Source: Candidatus Latescibacterota bacterium
Lineage (GTDB): Bacteria > Latescibacterota > UBA2968 > GCA-2709665
Assembly: GCA_965219995.1 (NCBI GenBank)
Contig: CBDCOX010000002.1
Span: 2,912,001-2,976,000 of the forward strand
Length of the DNA stretch: 64,000 bases
Reading direction: 5' to 3'
The notes under the pieces were generated by a model, which had not been told where the DNA came from, did no database searches, and saw nothing but the letters and a program-made list of their open reading frames with translations. Position numbers and translations under genes: made by a program. Positions 18,954 to 27,626 of this stretch are shown piece by piece. Each line of letters starts with the position of its first letter. The stretch's first letter is position 1.

Positions 18954-20234
18954 GTGTTTGAGTCGAAAATGAACAAACGGATCGGGTTGTATTTCATCGT
19001 TCAACGCAGTCTTCGACAACACGCGCTCTCGACCCTCATCACAACATGTTCAATCGCGCTCGGTACGGGGCTTGTAATGGCGGTTATCGCCATCAGAGCG
19101 CAATCCGTCTCGGCATTCACGGGCGGTCCGACTGGCTTTGATGCGGTATTGGGAGCACGCGGCAGTCCGTTGCAATTGGTGCTGAACACCGTATTTCATC
19201 TCGAAACCTCGCCGGGGAATATCCCCTGGACGATGTATCAGGCGATGAAAGACGATCCGCGTGTCGAGCTCGCCATTCCTTACGCGCTTGGAGACAATTA
19301 TTACGGTTTCCGTATCGTCGGAACGGAAATTGAGTTGTTCACGGAGTTTGAATACCGCAAAGGGGTGCGGTTTCGGACGCATGGGGATGGACGTTTTTTC
19401 GATCCCGACCGGCAGGAGGCCGTCCTTGGCAGCTATGCCGCACAGAAGTTGAACCTGAAGGCGGGGGATACGTTTCAGCCGTATCACGGCCTGGTGTTCG
19501 ATGAATCCATGCGGCATGATGAACAATATGTTGTTGTTGGTGTGCTCGAAGCGACCAATTCACCCTCCGATCGTGTCATCTGGATTCCAATCGAGGGAGT
19601 TTATCGGCTGGAGGGGCATGTGTTGCGGGGCGGCGGTGATGAATATGTTGCCAAACCCGGTCGAGAGATCCCCGACGCACATAAAGAGGTTAGCGCAGTC
19701 ATGCTGAAGTTTCGGAATCCGCAGATCGGTTTCATGATGGATGCAATGATCAACAAACAGGGGAAGGTGGCAACGTTGGCATGGCCCATCGGCGCTGTGA
19801 TGGCCGGCCTGTTTGACAAAATCGGTTGGATGAATCAAATCCTGGCACTCGTTTCCTATCTGGTTGTCCTCGTTGCGGCGGGTTCAATTCTCGCAAGCAT
19901 CTACAACTCAATCAATGAACGGCGGCGCGAATTCGCCATTCTGCGATCACTTGGCGCACGTCGCAAAACGGTGTTTGCGGTAATTGTGCTGGAAGCTGCA
20001 TCGATCGCGGCGTTAGGGGTCATCGCAGGATTTCTGGTCTATGCTGCGATTTTCACCTCAGCATCAGAAATTGTCCGCGCTCAGACTGGTATCGTCCTGG
20101 ACCTGTTGAAATTTCATCTCGCGTTTGTAGTCGTGCCCGTTTGCGTCATACTTCTGGGTGTGATGGCTGGCATTGTGCCCGCATTCAAGGCGTATCGGAC
20201 GGATGTTGCCACGAATCTAACACCCATAAGCTAA
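18954..20234 (+). CDS. ABC permease, MacB/FtsX (ZrgC-like) family
   Basis: GARGSPLQLVLNTVFH, NERRREFAILRSLGA, PAFKAYR; GTG start after AAGGAG. Confidence 0.9.
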   Translation: MFESKMNKRIGLYFIVQRSLRQHALSTLITTCSIALGTGLVMAVIAIRAQSVSAFTGGPTGFDAVLGARGSPLQLVLNTVFHLETSPGNIPWTMYQAMKDDPRVELAIPYALGDNYYGFRIVGTEIELFTEFEYRKGVRFRTHGDGRFFDPDRQEAVLGSYAAQKLNLKAGDTFQPYHGLVFDESMRHDEQYVVVGVLEATNSPSDRVIWIPIEGVYRLEGHVLRGGGDEYVAKPGREIPDAHKEVSAVMLKFRNPQIGFMMDAMINKQGKVATLAWPIGAVMAGLFDKIGWMNQILALVSYLVVLVAAGSILASIYNSINERRREFAILRSLGARRKTVFAVIVLEAASIAALGVIAGFLVYAAIFTSASEIVRAQTGIVLDLLKFHLAFVVVPVCVILLGVMAGIVPAFKAYRTDVATNLTPIS

Positions 20235-20526
20235 TGTCCTGTCGCGAAAACACTTCACCGGTCGGCCGACGATTCATCCCGTCTGCCGACGCTGCTTGCA
20301 CTGCCTGCACTGAGCTTGCCGAAGTGGCTTGTCGAACGGAAAAGCCCCATCAACTGCCACCAGGCGGGCAGAAGGTTCTCCAGGAAGGTCAATCTCACGG
20401 ATTCGTGATGGTTCCACCATGAGCCTTTTGCTGTTTGTCTTTGGTTCTGGCTGACTGCTGAGAGCTGATTGCTGATCGCTGCATTTCTCCGGCCGGATTC
20501 GGGCAACTTTTTCCGGGCCAGAACAC
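20234..20526 (-). mobile_element. MITE-like element copy 1 (TA-flanked, imperfect TIRs, CAGC heptamer array)
   Basis: Ends AATGTCCTGTCGCGAAAACACTT and revcomp AGTGTTCTGGCCCGGAAAAAGTT (16/23); GCTGANN tandem at 20450-20481; homologous to 28787-29005 and 51036-51283. Confidence 0.6.
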
Positions 20527-20584
20527 TGCAAGACGTACGATACAACAAAATCGTCAAGCCAATGGTGTAGAAGGGGACATTGTC

Positions 20585-21118
20585 ATGAGAGTCCAAAGAA
20601 AGCTCTTGATACGAGCGGCAATTCTAACGGTTATTATTGCTCACATCGGTTGCGAGAAAATGGAGGAGCATCGCCACGAACACGGGGAACCACACGAAAC
20701 CAATGCACATCATGAGCATATTGCACCTCACGGCGGGACATTGGTTGTATTTGGCGATGAGTTTGCGCACATTGAGTTTGTGCTGGACCGGACAACGGGA
20801 AAACTCACTGGCTACGTGCTTGACGGTGAAGCGGAAAAATCGGTGAGGCTCTCACAGAAGACAATCGAACTCAAGGTACATCGAGAAGATGCCGAGACCG
20901 ACTTTACTTTGCAACTTTCAGCGATTGCAAACGTCCTGACCGGAGAGACCCAAGGCGACACCTCCCAATTTGAGGCCCAATCGGACGCACTTAAGGGAGC
21001 ATCGGAATTTCATGCAGAGATTGTCTCGATTGAAGTAATGGGTCAGATGTTCACTCATATTGAATTTGAGTTTCCCGAAGGCAACGAGGCAACGGAAAAT
21101 AAGCATGGTGGACATTAG
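20585..21118 (+). CDS. His-rich exported (probable lipo)protein, putative metal-binding partner of the ABC system
   Basis: Signal ending ..IGC; EEHRHEHGEPHETNAHHEHIAPHGG; AHIEFV; C-terminal FPEGN. Confidence 0.78.
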   Translation: MRVQRKLLIRAAILTVIIAHIGCEKMEEHRHEHGEPHETNAHHEHIAPHGGTLVVFGDEFAHIEFVLDRTTGKLTGYVLDGEAEKSVRLSQKTIELKVHREDAETDFTLQLSAIANVLTGETQGDTSQFEAQSDALKGASEFHAEIVSIEVMGQMFTHIEFEFPEGNEATENKHGGH

Positions 21119-21231
21119 TCTCAATTTGAAAAAAGAAAAATTGGCCACAAAAAGCACAAAAGACACAAAAAGAATCCGTGCAAAGCGTCGTGTGTGGTAA
21201 CGCGGTGACCCTGCAGTTATTTCCTCACCGA

Positions 21232-21371
21232 GCCGAAAAGGTCGTCGGGAAGCACGTTTTTTCCGTTCACGTCCAGTGACCAGAAGGATCATAGAAATCA
21301 GCAGTTAAATCGCCTTTATTCACTTGCACATACTCGAATTAACGTACCCGAATAATGACGAATCAAGGTTA
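21232..21371 (+). repeat. Repeat A copy 2
   Basis: 125/140 identical to 14323-14462; ends 3 nt before ATG 21375. Confidence 0.92.
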
Positions 21372-21374
21372 GTC

Positions 21375-22490
21375 ATGAGACTGAGAAATTTGGGTAGCGT
21401 ATTCTCTTTATGCGGATCACGTGTTGCTTTTTGTGCAACGGTTCTTGGGTTAATCCTCGGGATATCCCGCATTGCCTCCGCTCAAGACGATCCGGCTGCG
21501 AAGTCCAGGACATTCACGCTGGACAAAGAGAGAAGTGCGTTCATGTTTGGAGGCAGTCAGTTCAGGGCAACAACCGAGCGGATCAACGGAAGCATTGTAC
21601 TCGACCCCGATGCGTTGCATGAGTCGTTCAAGGCGATCTTCCAACTTGATATGAAACGTCTGAAAATGCAGACCGGCATCGATAAGGGGGCTCAGAAGGT
21701 CTGGTGGAACGCAGATGTTTACCCGCAAGCGATCCTTCGGATTGAGCGCCTGAGTGTTGCGGAAGATGCACGACTCGTCGATGCATTACCCATCATTGCT
21801 GATGCCGACGCGACCTTTGAGTTCCACGGTGTCAAGAAGCCGGTAAAATTGAAAGAGTTACGGTTCACCTTTTTTTCAAGAAGCAGTCGGTTTGCCCAGT
21901 GGTTACCCGGCGAGGTTCTGCGGCTCGTCGGCGATTTTGAAATCCAATCCGCGGACTACAGGATCGAAGCAGAGCCGGAATTGACCGCTCCAATGCCGAT
22001 CAACTTTGTTCTGTTTGCCATTGATAGCACTGCCGCCGATGCCGCCCCTGCTGAAATGATTGGTGAGTACCTGCGCGTCCCATTCAGTTTCTTAAGTGAT
22101 TACTGGCTGGATGAGCCGGATTGGAGGCAATTGGAAGATTCGGAATACGTCGGCTCGCTCTCCTACGACACCGAGATCCCCGACAAAGTGAAGCGACTCG
22201 ATGAGAAAAAGGTCGCAATCACAGGATTTATGCTTCCGATCGACGTTGACCGGGGAAATGTGAAGCGGCTCCTGTTGCTCAAGTCAACGATGTCGTGCTG
22301 TTACGGCGTTGCACCGCGTATCAATGAGGTTATCTACGTCGAACCTTCAAAAAAGCAGAAGATTCAAATGGTGATGGATGTGCCAATCACCGTTTTTGGC
22401 AAACTCTCGGTCGGTCAGCAGTTTCGGGAGGATTTGATGCTGATGGGCGTTTATCAATTGGAGTTGGATGAGGTCAAGCGTGCACGCTGA
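21375..22490 (+). CDS. Secreted YceI-like + DUF3299 (ZrgD-like) fusion protein
   Basis: Signal peptide; YceI-like YPQA..FEFHGVKKPV..ADYRI; DUF3299-like IPDKVKRLDEKKVAITGFMLP..SCCYGVAPRINEVIYV. Confidence 0.75.
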   Translation: MRLRNLGSVFSLCGSRVAFCATVLGLILGISRIASAQDDPAAKSRTFTLDKERSAFMFGGSQFRATTERINGSIVLDPDALHESFKAIFQLDMKRLKMQTGIDKGAQKVWWNADVYPQAILRIERLSVAEDARLVDALPIIADADATFEFHGVKKPVKLKELRFTFFSRSSRFAQWLPGEVLRLVGDFEIQSADYRIEAEPELTAPMPINFVLFAIDSTAADAAPAEMIGEYLRVPFSFLSDYWLDEPDWRQLEDSEYVGSLSYDTEIPDKVKRLDEKKVAITGFMLPIDVDRGNVKRLLLLKSTMSCCYGVAPRINEVIYVEPSKKQKIQMVMDVPITVFGKLSVGQQFREDLMLMGVYQLELDEVKRAR

Positions 22491-22614
22491 AATGTCATCC
22501 CTCTCATTCGGGGGATTTGATCCCGTCCCGCCGAATAGCCCCTGAACCGGTCTTTCATGTTCGTTATCGCCCAGATCCACTGGAGTGCCGACCCCGAGAT
22601 CTTCCGCATCGGTC
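22486..22614 (+). repeat. Repeat B copy 2 (frameshifted yidD 3' remnant + intact lgt 5' end)
   Basis: About 85% identical to 14703-14832; 1-nt deletion in the G-run of the yidD part. Confidence 0.92.
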
Positions 22615-23366
22615 CGGTCGTCCTGCGCTGGTACAGCCTGTGCTTTCTGGTCACCTTCGTCCTCGGCTACTTCATCATGCGCCGGATGTTCCGGTGCGAA
22701 GGAAAACCCGCGAAGGACTTGGACAGCCTGGTCAACCATATGGTTCTCGGCACCCTCATCGGAGCGCGCCTTGGACACTGTCTGTTCTACGACCCCGCAT
22801 TCTACCTGACAAACCCGATCGAGATCTTCAAGATCTGGCGGGGCGGCCTTGCCAGCCACGGCGCAGCCATCGGCATTTTTTCCGCACTCTATCTGTACGC
22901 CCGACACCGGCCGGATCAATCCTATCTCTGGATACTTGACCGGGTCGTCGTGACGGTTGCCCTTGGCGGGTTCTTCATCCGCATCGGCAACTTCTTCAAC
23001 TCCGAAATATACGGCACCCCGGCCGAGCTGCCCTGGGCGATCGTCTTTTCCCACATCGATTCCGTCCCGAGGCATCCGGTGCAACTCTATGAATCGCTCG
23101 CCTACGGACTGATTTTCCTCCTCCTCTTCGCGGTCTATTCGAAACTGCGCGCCCGGACGCCGACCGGAATGCTTCTCGGCCTCTTCCTCGTAACCGTGTT
23201 CTCATTCCGGGTGGTCGTTGAATTCGTCAAGGTCCGCCAGGCCGCTTACGGTCACGGCTTCCCCCTCAGCGTGGGGCAGTGGCTCAGCTTCCCGCTCATC
23301 ATCCTGGGCATCGTCCTTCTCGTAAACGCACGAAAGCGGCCCGGCTCGAAAGCTCCCGCGCCGTGA
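22557..23366 (+). CDS. lgt: Prolipoprotein diacylglyceryl transferase
   Basis: LRWYS, IGARLGH, GGLASHG, RIGNFFNSEIYG, RHPVQLYE. Confidence 0.96.
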   Translation: MFVIAQIHWSADPEIFRIGPVVLRWYSLCFLVTFVLGYFIMRRMFRCEGKPAKDLDSLVNHMVLGTLIGARLGHCLFYDPAFYLTNPIEIFKIWRGGLASHGAAIGIFSALYLYARHRPDQSYLWILDRVVVTVALGGFFIRIGNFFNSEIYGTPAELPWAIVFSHIDSVPRHPVQLYESLAYGLIFLLLFAVYSKLRARTPTGMLLGLFLVTVFSFRVVVEFVKVRQAAYGHGFPLSVGQWLSFPLIILGIVLLVNARKRPGSKAPAP

Positions 23367-23419
23367 GGACCACGATATAGACGCTGCATTTCCGAATTTC
23401 TAAAGAAAGGTGGTATCCC

Positions 23420-24175
23420 ATGAACTCGTATGCGGCCGTTGCCGGCATGCTGCAGAAATCCCTCAACCTTGCCCTTCCGCCGGTTGCCGTCTGTATTTCG
23501 GACGCGGTGCCTGAAGGCGTACCGGAATACGAGGGCCGGGCGCCTGCCGGCTGTCTGTTCTGGCAGGAAGCGGAAAAAGGCCCCTTCTCCACCCGGACCA
23601 CCCACCACGAACTGTGCGCCATCGGCGTACATACACACCGGATGGCCAACCCGCCGGCCTCGTACGAAGCGGAACTGGGCGACGTTCTGAAAACAATGGC
23701 CGGGATGGATTACGTTCGCGAGGAGGACGTTATGGAGATCCCGGTGCTGGAGAACGAAACCAGGCACGTCATCTACGCCCCTCTGGACAAAACACCGCTC
23801 GATCCGTCCGTGGTCCTTCTCTTCGCCCATTCACGTCAGAGCCTCATTATTACCGAAGCCGTCCAGCAGGTCGAACCGGCCGTCCCGCCTGCAATGGGCC
23901 GTCCCGCCTGCGCAGTGGTTCCCCATGCCGTCAAAACCGGGAGGGCCGCGCTCAGTCTGGGCTGCTGCGGCGCCAGGGCATACCTGGATGCCCTCACGGA
24001 CGACGTCGCCATATGGGCGCTGCCTGGCGACACGGTACATCTGTACGCAGCCCGCATCGACACTTTCGCCACGGCCAACAACGTCCTTGGTGAATTCCAT
24101 TCCATGCGTCGAAAAGACGTGGAAGCCGGCCTTGAACCCACGGTTGCCGAGTCACTTTCGAGGCTGGAGAACTGA
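23420..24175 (+). CDS. DUF169 domain protein
   Basis: PPVAV, GCLFW, CAIG, YAPL...DPSVV, RPAC, SLGCCGAR. Confidence 0.75.
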   Translation: MNSYAAVAGMLQKSLNLALPPVAVCISDAVPEGVPEYEGRAPAGCLFWQEAEKGPFSTRTTHHELCAIGVHTHRMANPPASYEAELGDVLKTMAGMDYVREEDVMEIPVLENETRHVIYAPLDKTPLDPSVVLLFAHSRQSLIITEAVQQVEPAVPPAMGRPACAVVPHAVKTGRAALSLGCCGARAYLDALTDDVAIWALPGDTVHLYAARIDTFATANNVLGEFHSMRRKDVEAGLEPTVAESLSRLEN

Positions 24176-24293
24176 CCCGAGACACGAACTTCATGGCGCG
24201 GGTTTCTTTCGCTTGAAACGGCACGGATGCATGGTATATTGAGAGAAAATCCCTGCATCCGCAGACTCCCCTTCTCGTCATACGGAATCCTCG

Positions 24294-25016
24294 ATGCGTT
24301 CCACGTCGAAAGAACAGACTCTGGACCTGCGCGAAAAAGGCAAACCCATCAACGGACAGGTGCAGGCCAGCAACCGGCGGCTCTATATGCAGCTGCACGT
24401 GTTCGGAAACTGCGGGTGCACGCACACACTTGCCGACGGGCTCCGCGAATCCGGCGTCGACGCCGTCCTGTACGCGGACCTGAACGACCCGACCGGTGTT
24501 GGCATTCTCACGGTATCCGAGTCTCCGGGAGCCTTTACGGGGGAAATCCGCGCATTGTTGAGTTCCGGTCCCTTCGCCGAGCTACAACGACATCCCGACC
24601 TTACCATGTTCGGAAGGACCTACGCACACGGGTACGAGCCCGATCTTGACGAGACGCTGTTGAGAAAGCCGCGCCGCAAGGTCCTGAACCCGGACTGGCC
24701 CTGGGCCGTATGGTATCCGCTGCGACGCAAGCCCGAATTCGGACTGCTGCCGGGTGAGGACCTGCGCGGGATTCTGGGTGAACACGCCAGAATCGGACGG
24801 ACCTACGCCGAGGCCGGTTTTGCCCAGGACATCCGCCTTGCCTGCTATGGCCTTGACCGCAACGACAATGACTTCGTCATCGGCCTCCTGGGTCCCGAAT
24901 TGCATCCGCTCTCGCACGTTGTCCAGGAAATGCGGAAGACCCGGCAGACTGCGCAATACGTGCAATCTCTGGGACCGTTTTTCGTTGGTAAAGCTGTCTG
25001 GCAAACTCCTTTATGA
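24294..25016 (+). CDS. Chlorite dismutase/HemQ (coproheme decarboxylase) family heme protein
   Basis: WYPLRRKPEF, EHARIG, DIRLACYGLD.NDNDFVIG, GPFFVG; upstream TTGAAA-N16-(TGn)TATATT at 24213-24240. Confidence 0.82.
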   Translation: MRSTSKEQTLDLREKGKPINGQVQASNRRLYMQLHVFGNCGCTHTLADGLRESGVDAVLYADLNDPTGVGILTVSESPGAFTGEIRALLSSGPFAELQRHPDLTMFGRTYAHGYEPDLDETLLRKPRRKVLNPDWPWAVWYPLRRKPEFGLLPGEDLRGILGEHARIGRTYAEAGFAQDIRLACYGLDRNDNDFVIGLLGPELHPLSHVVQEMRKTRQTAQYVQSLGPFFVGKAVWQTPL

Positions 25017-25064
25017 CACTGGTGAAGAGACACATAGAGGAATCCTGACCCACGGCAGGCCGAA

Positions 25065-26318
25065 ATGATTCGCAAGATCGAAGTCCTCCGTTACGGCTGC
25101 CTGCGTTTCATCAGCCGACCACTGGATGCATTCCACATTCTGGTTGGGCCCAATGCCAGCGGGAAAACCACCTTGCTGGACGCCATCGCTTTCCTCGGCG
25201 ATCTCGTTTCCGACGGGCTGGAGGAGGCCGTTGAAGGACGCGCGGCCGACCTGCGCGACCTGGTCTGGCGCCGTACCTTCGATCCGTTCGAACTGGCCAT
25301 CGACCTGAGCATACCGGAACAGAAAACCGACCTTTTCGACAACCGGCAATACGATCGTTGCCGGTACGAAATCACCATCGGGCCGTCAGCCGAAACGGGT
25401 GAGACCGCCATTCTGGCCGAACGCGTTCTGCTTCTCCCCGAGGATTCCCAGGAAGAGCCCGAGTGCGAACAGCAGACGCTTTTCCCGGTCGATCGTCCGA
25501 TGCCGGACACGCTGGCCCTGCCCCGCGTCAGAGGCGCCAGGACCATCGTGCACAAGGTTCACGGGAGCAATGACAACTTCTACTACGAAACCGGTACAGG
25601 ATGGGACCACTCTTTCAAGCTGGGTCCGCGGCGGTCCGCTCTGGCCAATCTGCCGGAAGACGAAACCCGATATCCCGTAGCGACGTGGTTGAAGGGCATC
25701 CTCAACAACGGAATCCAGCGTCTGGTGCTGAACAGCGCGAGTATGCGTCGTCCCAGCCCGCCCGGCCGCACCTCCGGGTTTCAGCCCGATGGCTCCAACC
25801 TGCCCTGGGTTATCGCTGCCCTGCATGCCAGCGCGCCCGACAGGTTCGCGGCGTGGATCGGTTGCCTGCAGTCCGTTCTTCCGGACCTGCGTTCCATCCG
25901 CACAATTGAACGTCCCGAGGACAGGCACTGTTATCTGGTCTTCCAGGACCGAAACGGACTGGAGGCGCCCTCCTGGGCAATTTCCGACGGCACACTTCGC
26001 CTTCTGGCCCTTACACTTCCGGCATTCCTGCCGGATTTCTGCGGCGTCCACCTGGTAGAAGAGCCCGAAAACGGGATCCATCCCCGGGCCGTCGAAACGG
26101 TTTTTCGAGCGCTCTCTTCCATAGAAAACGTCCAGATCCTCTTAACCACGCACTCGCCCGTCATTGTGGGTCTGGCGGAAGGCAGTCAGGTCATCTGTTT
26201 TTCCAGAACGGAATCCGGCGCCGCCGACCTGGTTCTCAGCACCGAAAATCCGGCGCTTCGGGAATGGCAGGGCGAAACCGATCTGGGTTCCCTGTTTGCA
26301 GACGGTGTGCTGGGATAG
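25065..26318 (+). CDS. AAA_21/ABC-like ATPase of defence-associated type (MAD3-like)
   Basis: VGPNASGKTT, ISDGTLRLLAL, VEEPENGIHP, TTHSP. Confidence 0.8.
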   Translation: MIRKIEVLRYGCLRFISRPLDAFHILVGPNASGKTTLLDAIAFLGDLVSDGLEEAVEGRAADLRDLVWRRTFDPFELAIDLSIPEQKTDLFDNRQYDRCRYEITIGPSAETGETAILAERVLLLPEDSQEEPECEQQTLFPVDRPMPDTLALPRVRGARTIVHKVHGSNDNFYYETGTGWDHSFKLGPRRSALANLPEDETRYPVATWLKGILNNGIQRLVLNSASMRRPSPPGRTSGFQPDGSNLPWVIAALHASAPDRFAAWIGCLQSVLPDLRSIRTIERPEDRHCYLVFQDRNGLEAPSWAISDGTLRLLALTLPAFLPDFCGVHLVEEPENGIHPRAVETVFRALSSIENVQILLTTHSPVIVGLAEGSQVICFSRTESGAADLVLSTENPALREWQGETDLGSLFADGVLG

Positions 26319-26456
26319 AACCGTGTGCGCAGCAGGAACGACAGCGGGAGGACACACCGACGACGCGACCGCCCGGGCGGTTATTCTCCATCGCCCGGGC
26401 GGTTGTATTCCGGGCACGTCAGTGTGAAACAGCGAATGCATTCGAGGACACACCCC

Positions 26457-27626
26457 ATGGATGAACTCACACTGAAATACGGTTGCAACCCGCACCAGAA
26501 ACCCGCGAGAATTTTCAACGAACGCGGCCCGCTGCCCTTCCGTGTCCTGAACGGCACGGCAGGCTATATAAACCTGCTCGACGCGCTCAATTCCTGGCAG
26601 CTTGTAAAGGAACTCCGGGAGACCCTGGGCACGCCCGCCGCGGCATCCTTCAAACACCTCAGCCCCACCGGCGCCGCCGTGGCGGTGCCTCTGAGCGAAG
26701 ACGTGAGGAAAGCCCTGTTTGTGGAAGACCTGGACCTTTCGCCACCGGCCGTGGCGTACGCCCGCGCCCGGGGCGCCGACCGGCTTTCTTCGTATGGGGA
26801 TTGGGCGGCCCTTAGCGACACGGTTGACGTTGCCACCGCCCGGCTTCTTCGCCGGGAGGTTTCCGACGGCGTGATTGCGCCCGGATATCATCCGGAAGCC
26901 CTGGAGATATTGAAGCGGAAAAAAGGCGGCGCCTACCCGGTCCTTCAAATCGATCCGGATTACAAGCCCCGGGAGACCGAGCGACGAGAGGTATTCGGGC
27001 TCACATTCGAGCAGCAGTCCAACACCCGGTCTATCGGCCCTGAGATATTGAAGAACGTCGTTACCCGTAAGCAGGAAATCCCCCCGGAAAAAGCCCGCGA
27101 TATGCTTGTGGCCACGATAACGCTCAAATTCACCCAGTCCAACTCCATCTGCTTCGCGCTGCAAGGCCAGGCCATCGGCGTGGGCGCGGGCCAGCAGAAC
27201 CGCCTTGCGTGCACGGATATCGCCGCCAGGAAAGCCGAAGCATGGTTTCTGCGCCAGCACCCCGCGGTACTCGATCTGAGATTCAGACGCGGCGCCAGGC
27301 GGCCCGAGAAGATAAACGCCATCGAACTCTATCTGAAGGGGGACATGACTCCCGAAGAACAGTGCGTCTGGCGCGCTTCATTCCGAAAAGCGCCGCGGCC
27401 CCTCGGGGAATCGTCCAGGCGGGAATGGCTGCATCGCCTCAAGGGTGTCAGCCTGGGCTCCGACGCGTATATTCCCTTTCGCGACAACATCGACCGCGCC
27501 GCCAGAACGGGCGTGGAATACGTGATCCAGACGGGCGGTTCAGTACAGGACGATGCCGTGACCGCCGCCGCCGATGAATATGGCATGGTCATGGTCAACA
27601 GCGGAATCAGGCTCTTTCATCACTAG
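26457..27626 (+). CDS. purH: AICAR transformylase (PurH C-terminal-only form lacking the IMP cyclohydrolase domain)
   Basis: LKYGCNPHQ, GYINLLDA, SFKHLSP, KFTQSNS, GAGQQNR, SDAYIPFRDN, RLFHH. Confidence 0.9.
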   Translation: MDELTLKYGCNPHQKPARIFNERGPLPFRVLNGTAGYINLLDALNSWQLVKELRETLGTPAAASFKHLSPTGAAVAVPLSEDVRKALFVEDLDLSPPAVAYARARGADRLSSYGDWAALSDTVDVATARLLRREVSDGVIAPGYHPEALEILKRKKGGAYPVLQIDPDYKPRETERREVFGLTFEQQSNTRSIGPEILKNVVTRKQEIPPEKARDMLVATITLKFTQSNSICFALQGQAIGVGAGQQNRLACTDIAARKAEAWFLRQHPAVLDLRFRRGARRPEKINAIELYLKGDMTPEEQCVWRASFRKAPRPLGESSRREWLHRLKGVSLGSDAYIPFRDNIDRAARTGVEYVIQTGGSVQDDAVTAAADEYGMVMVNSGIRLFHH

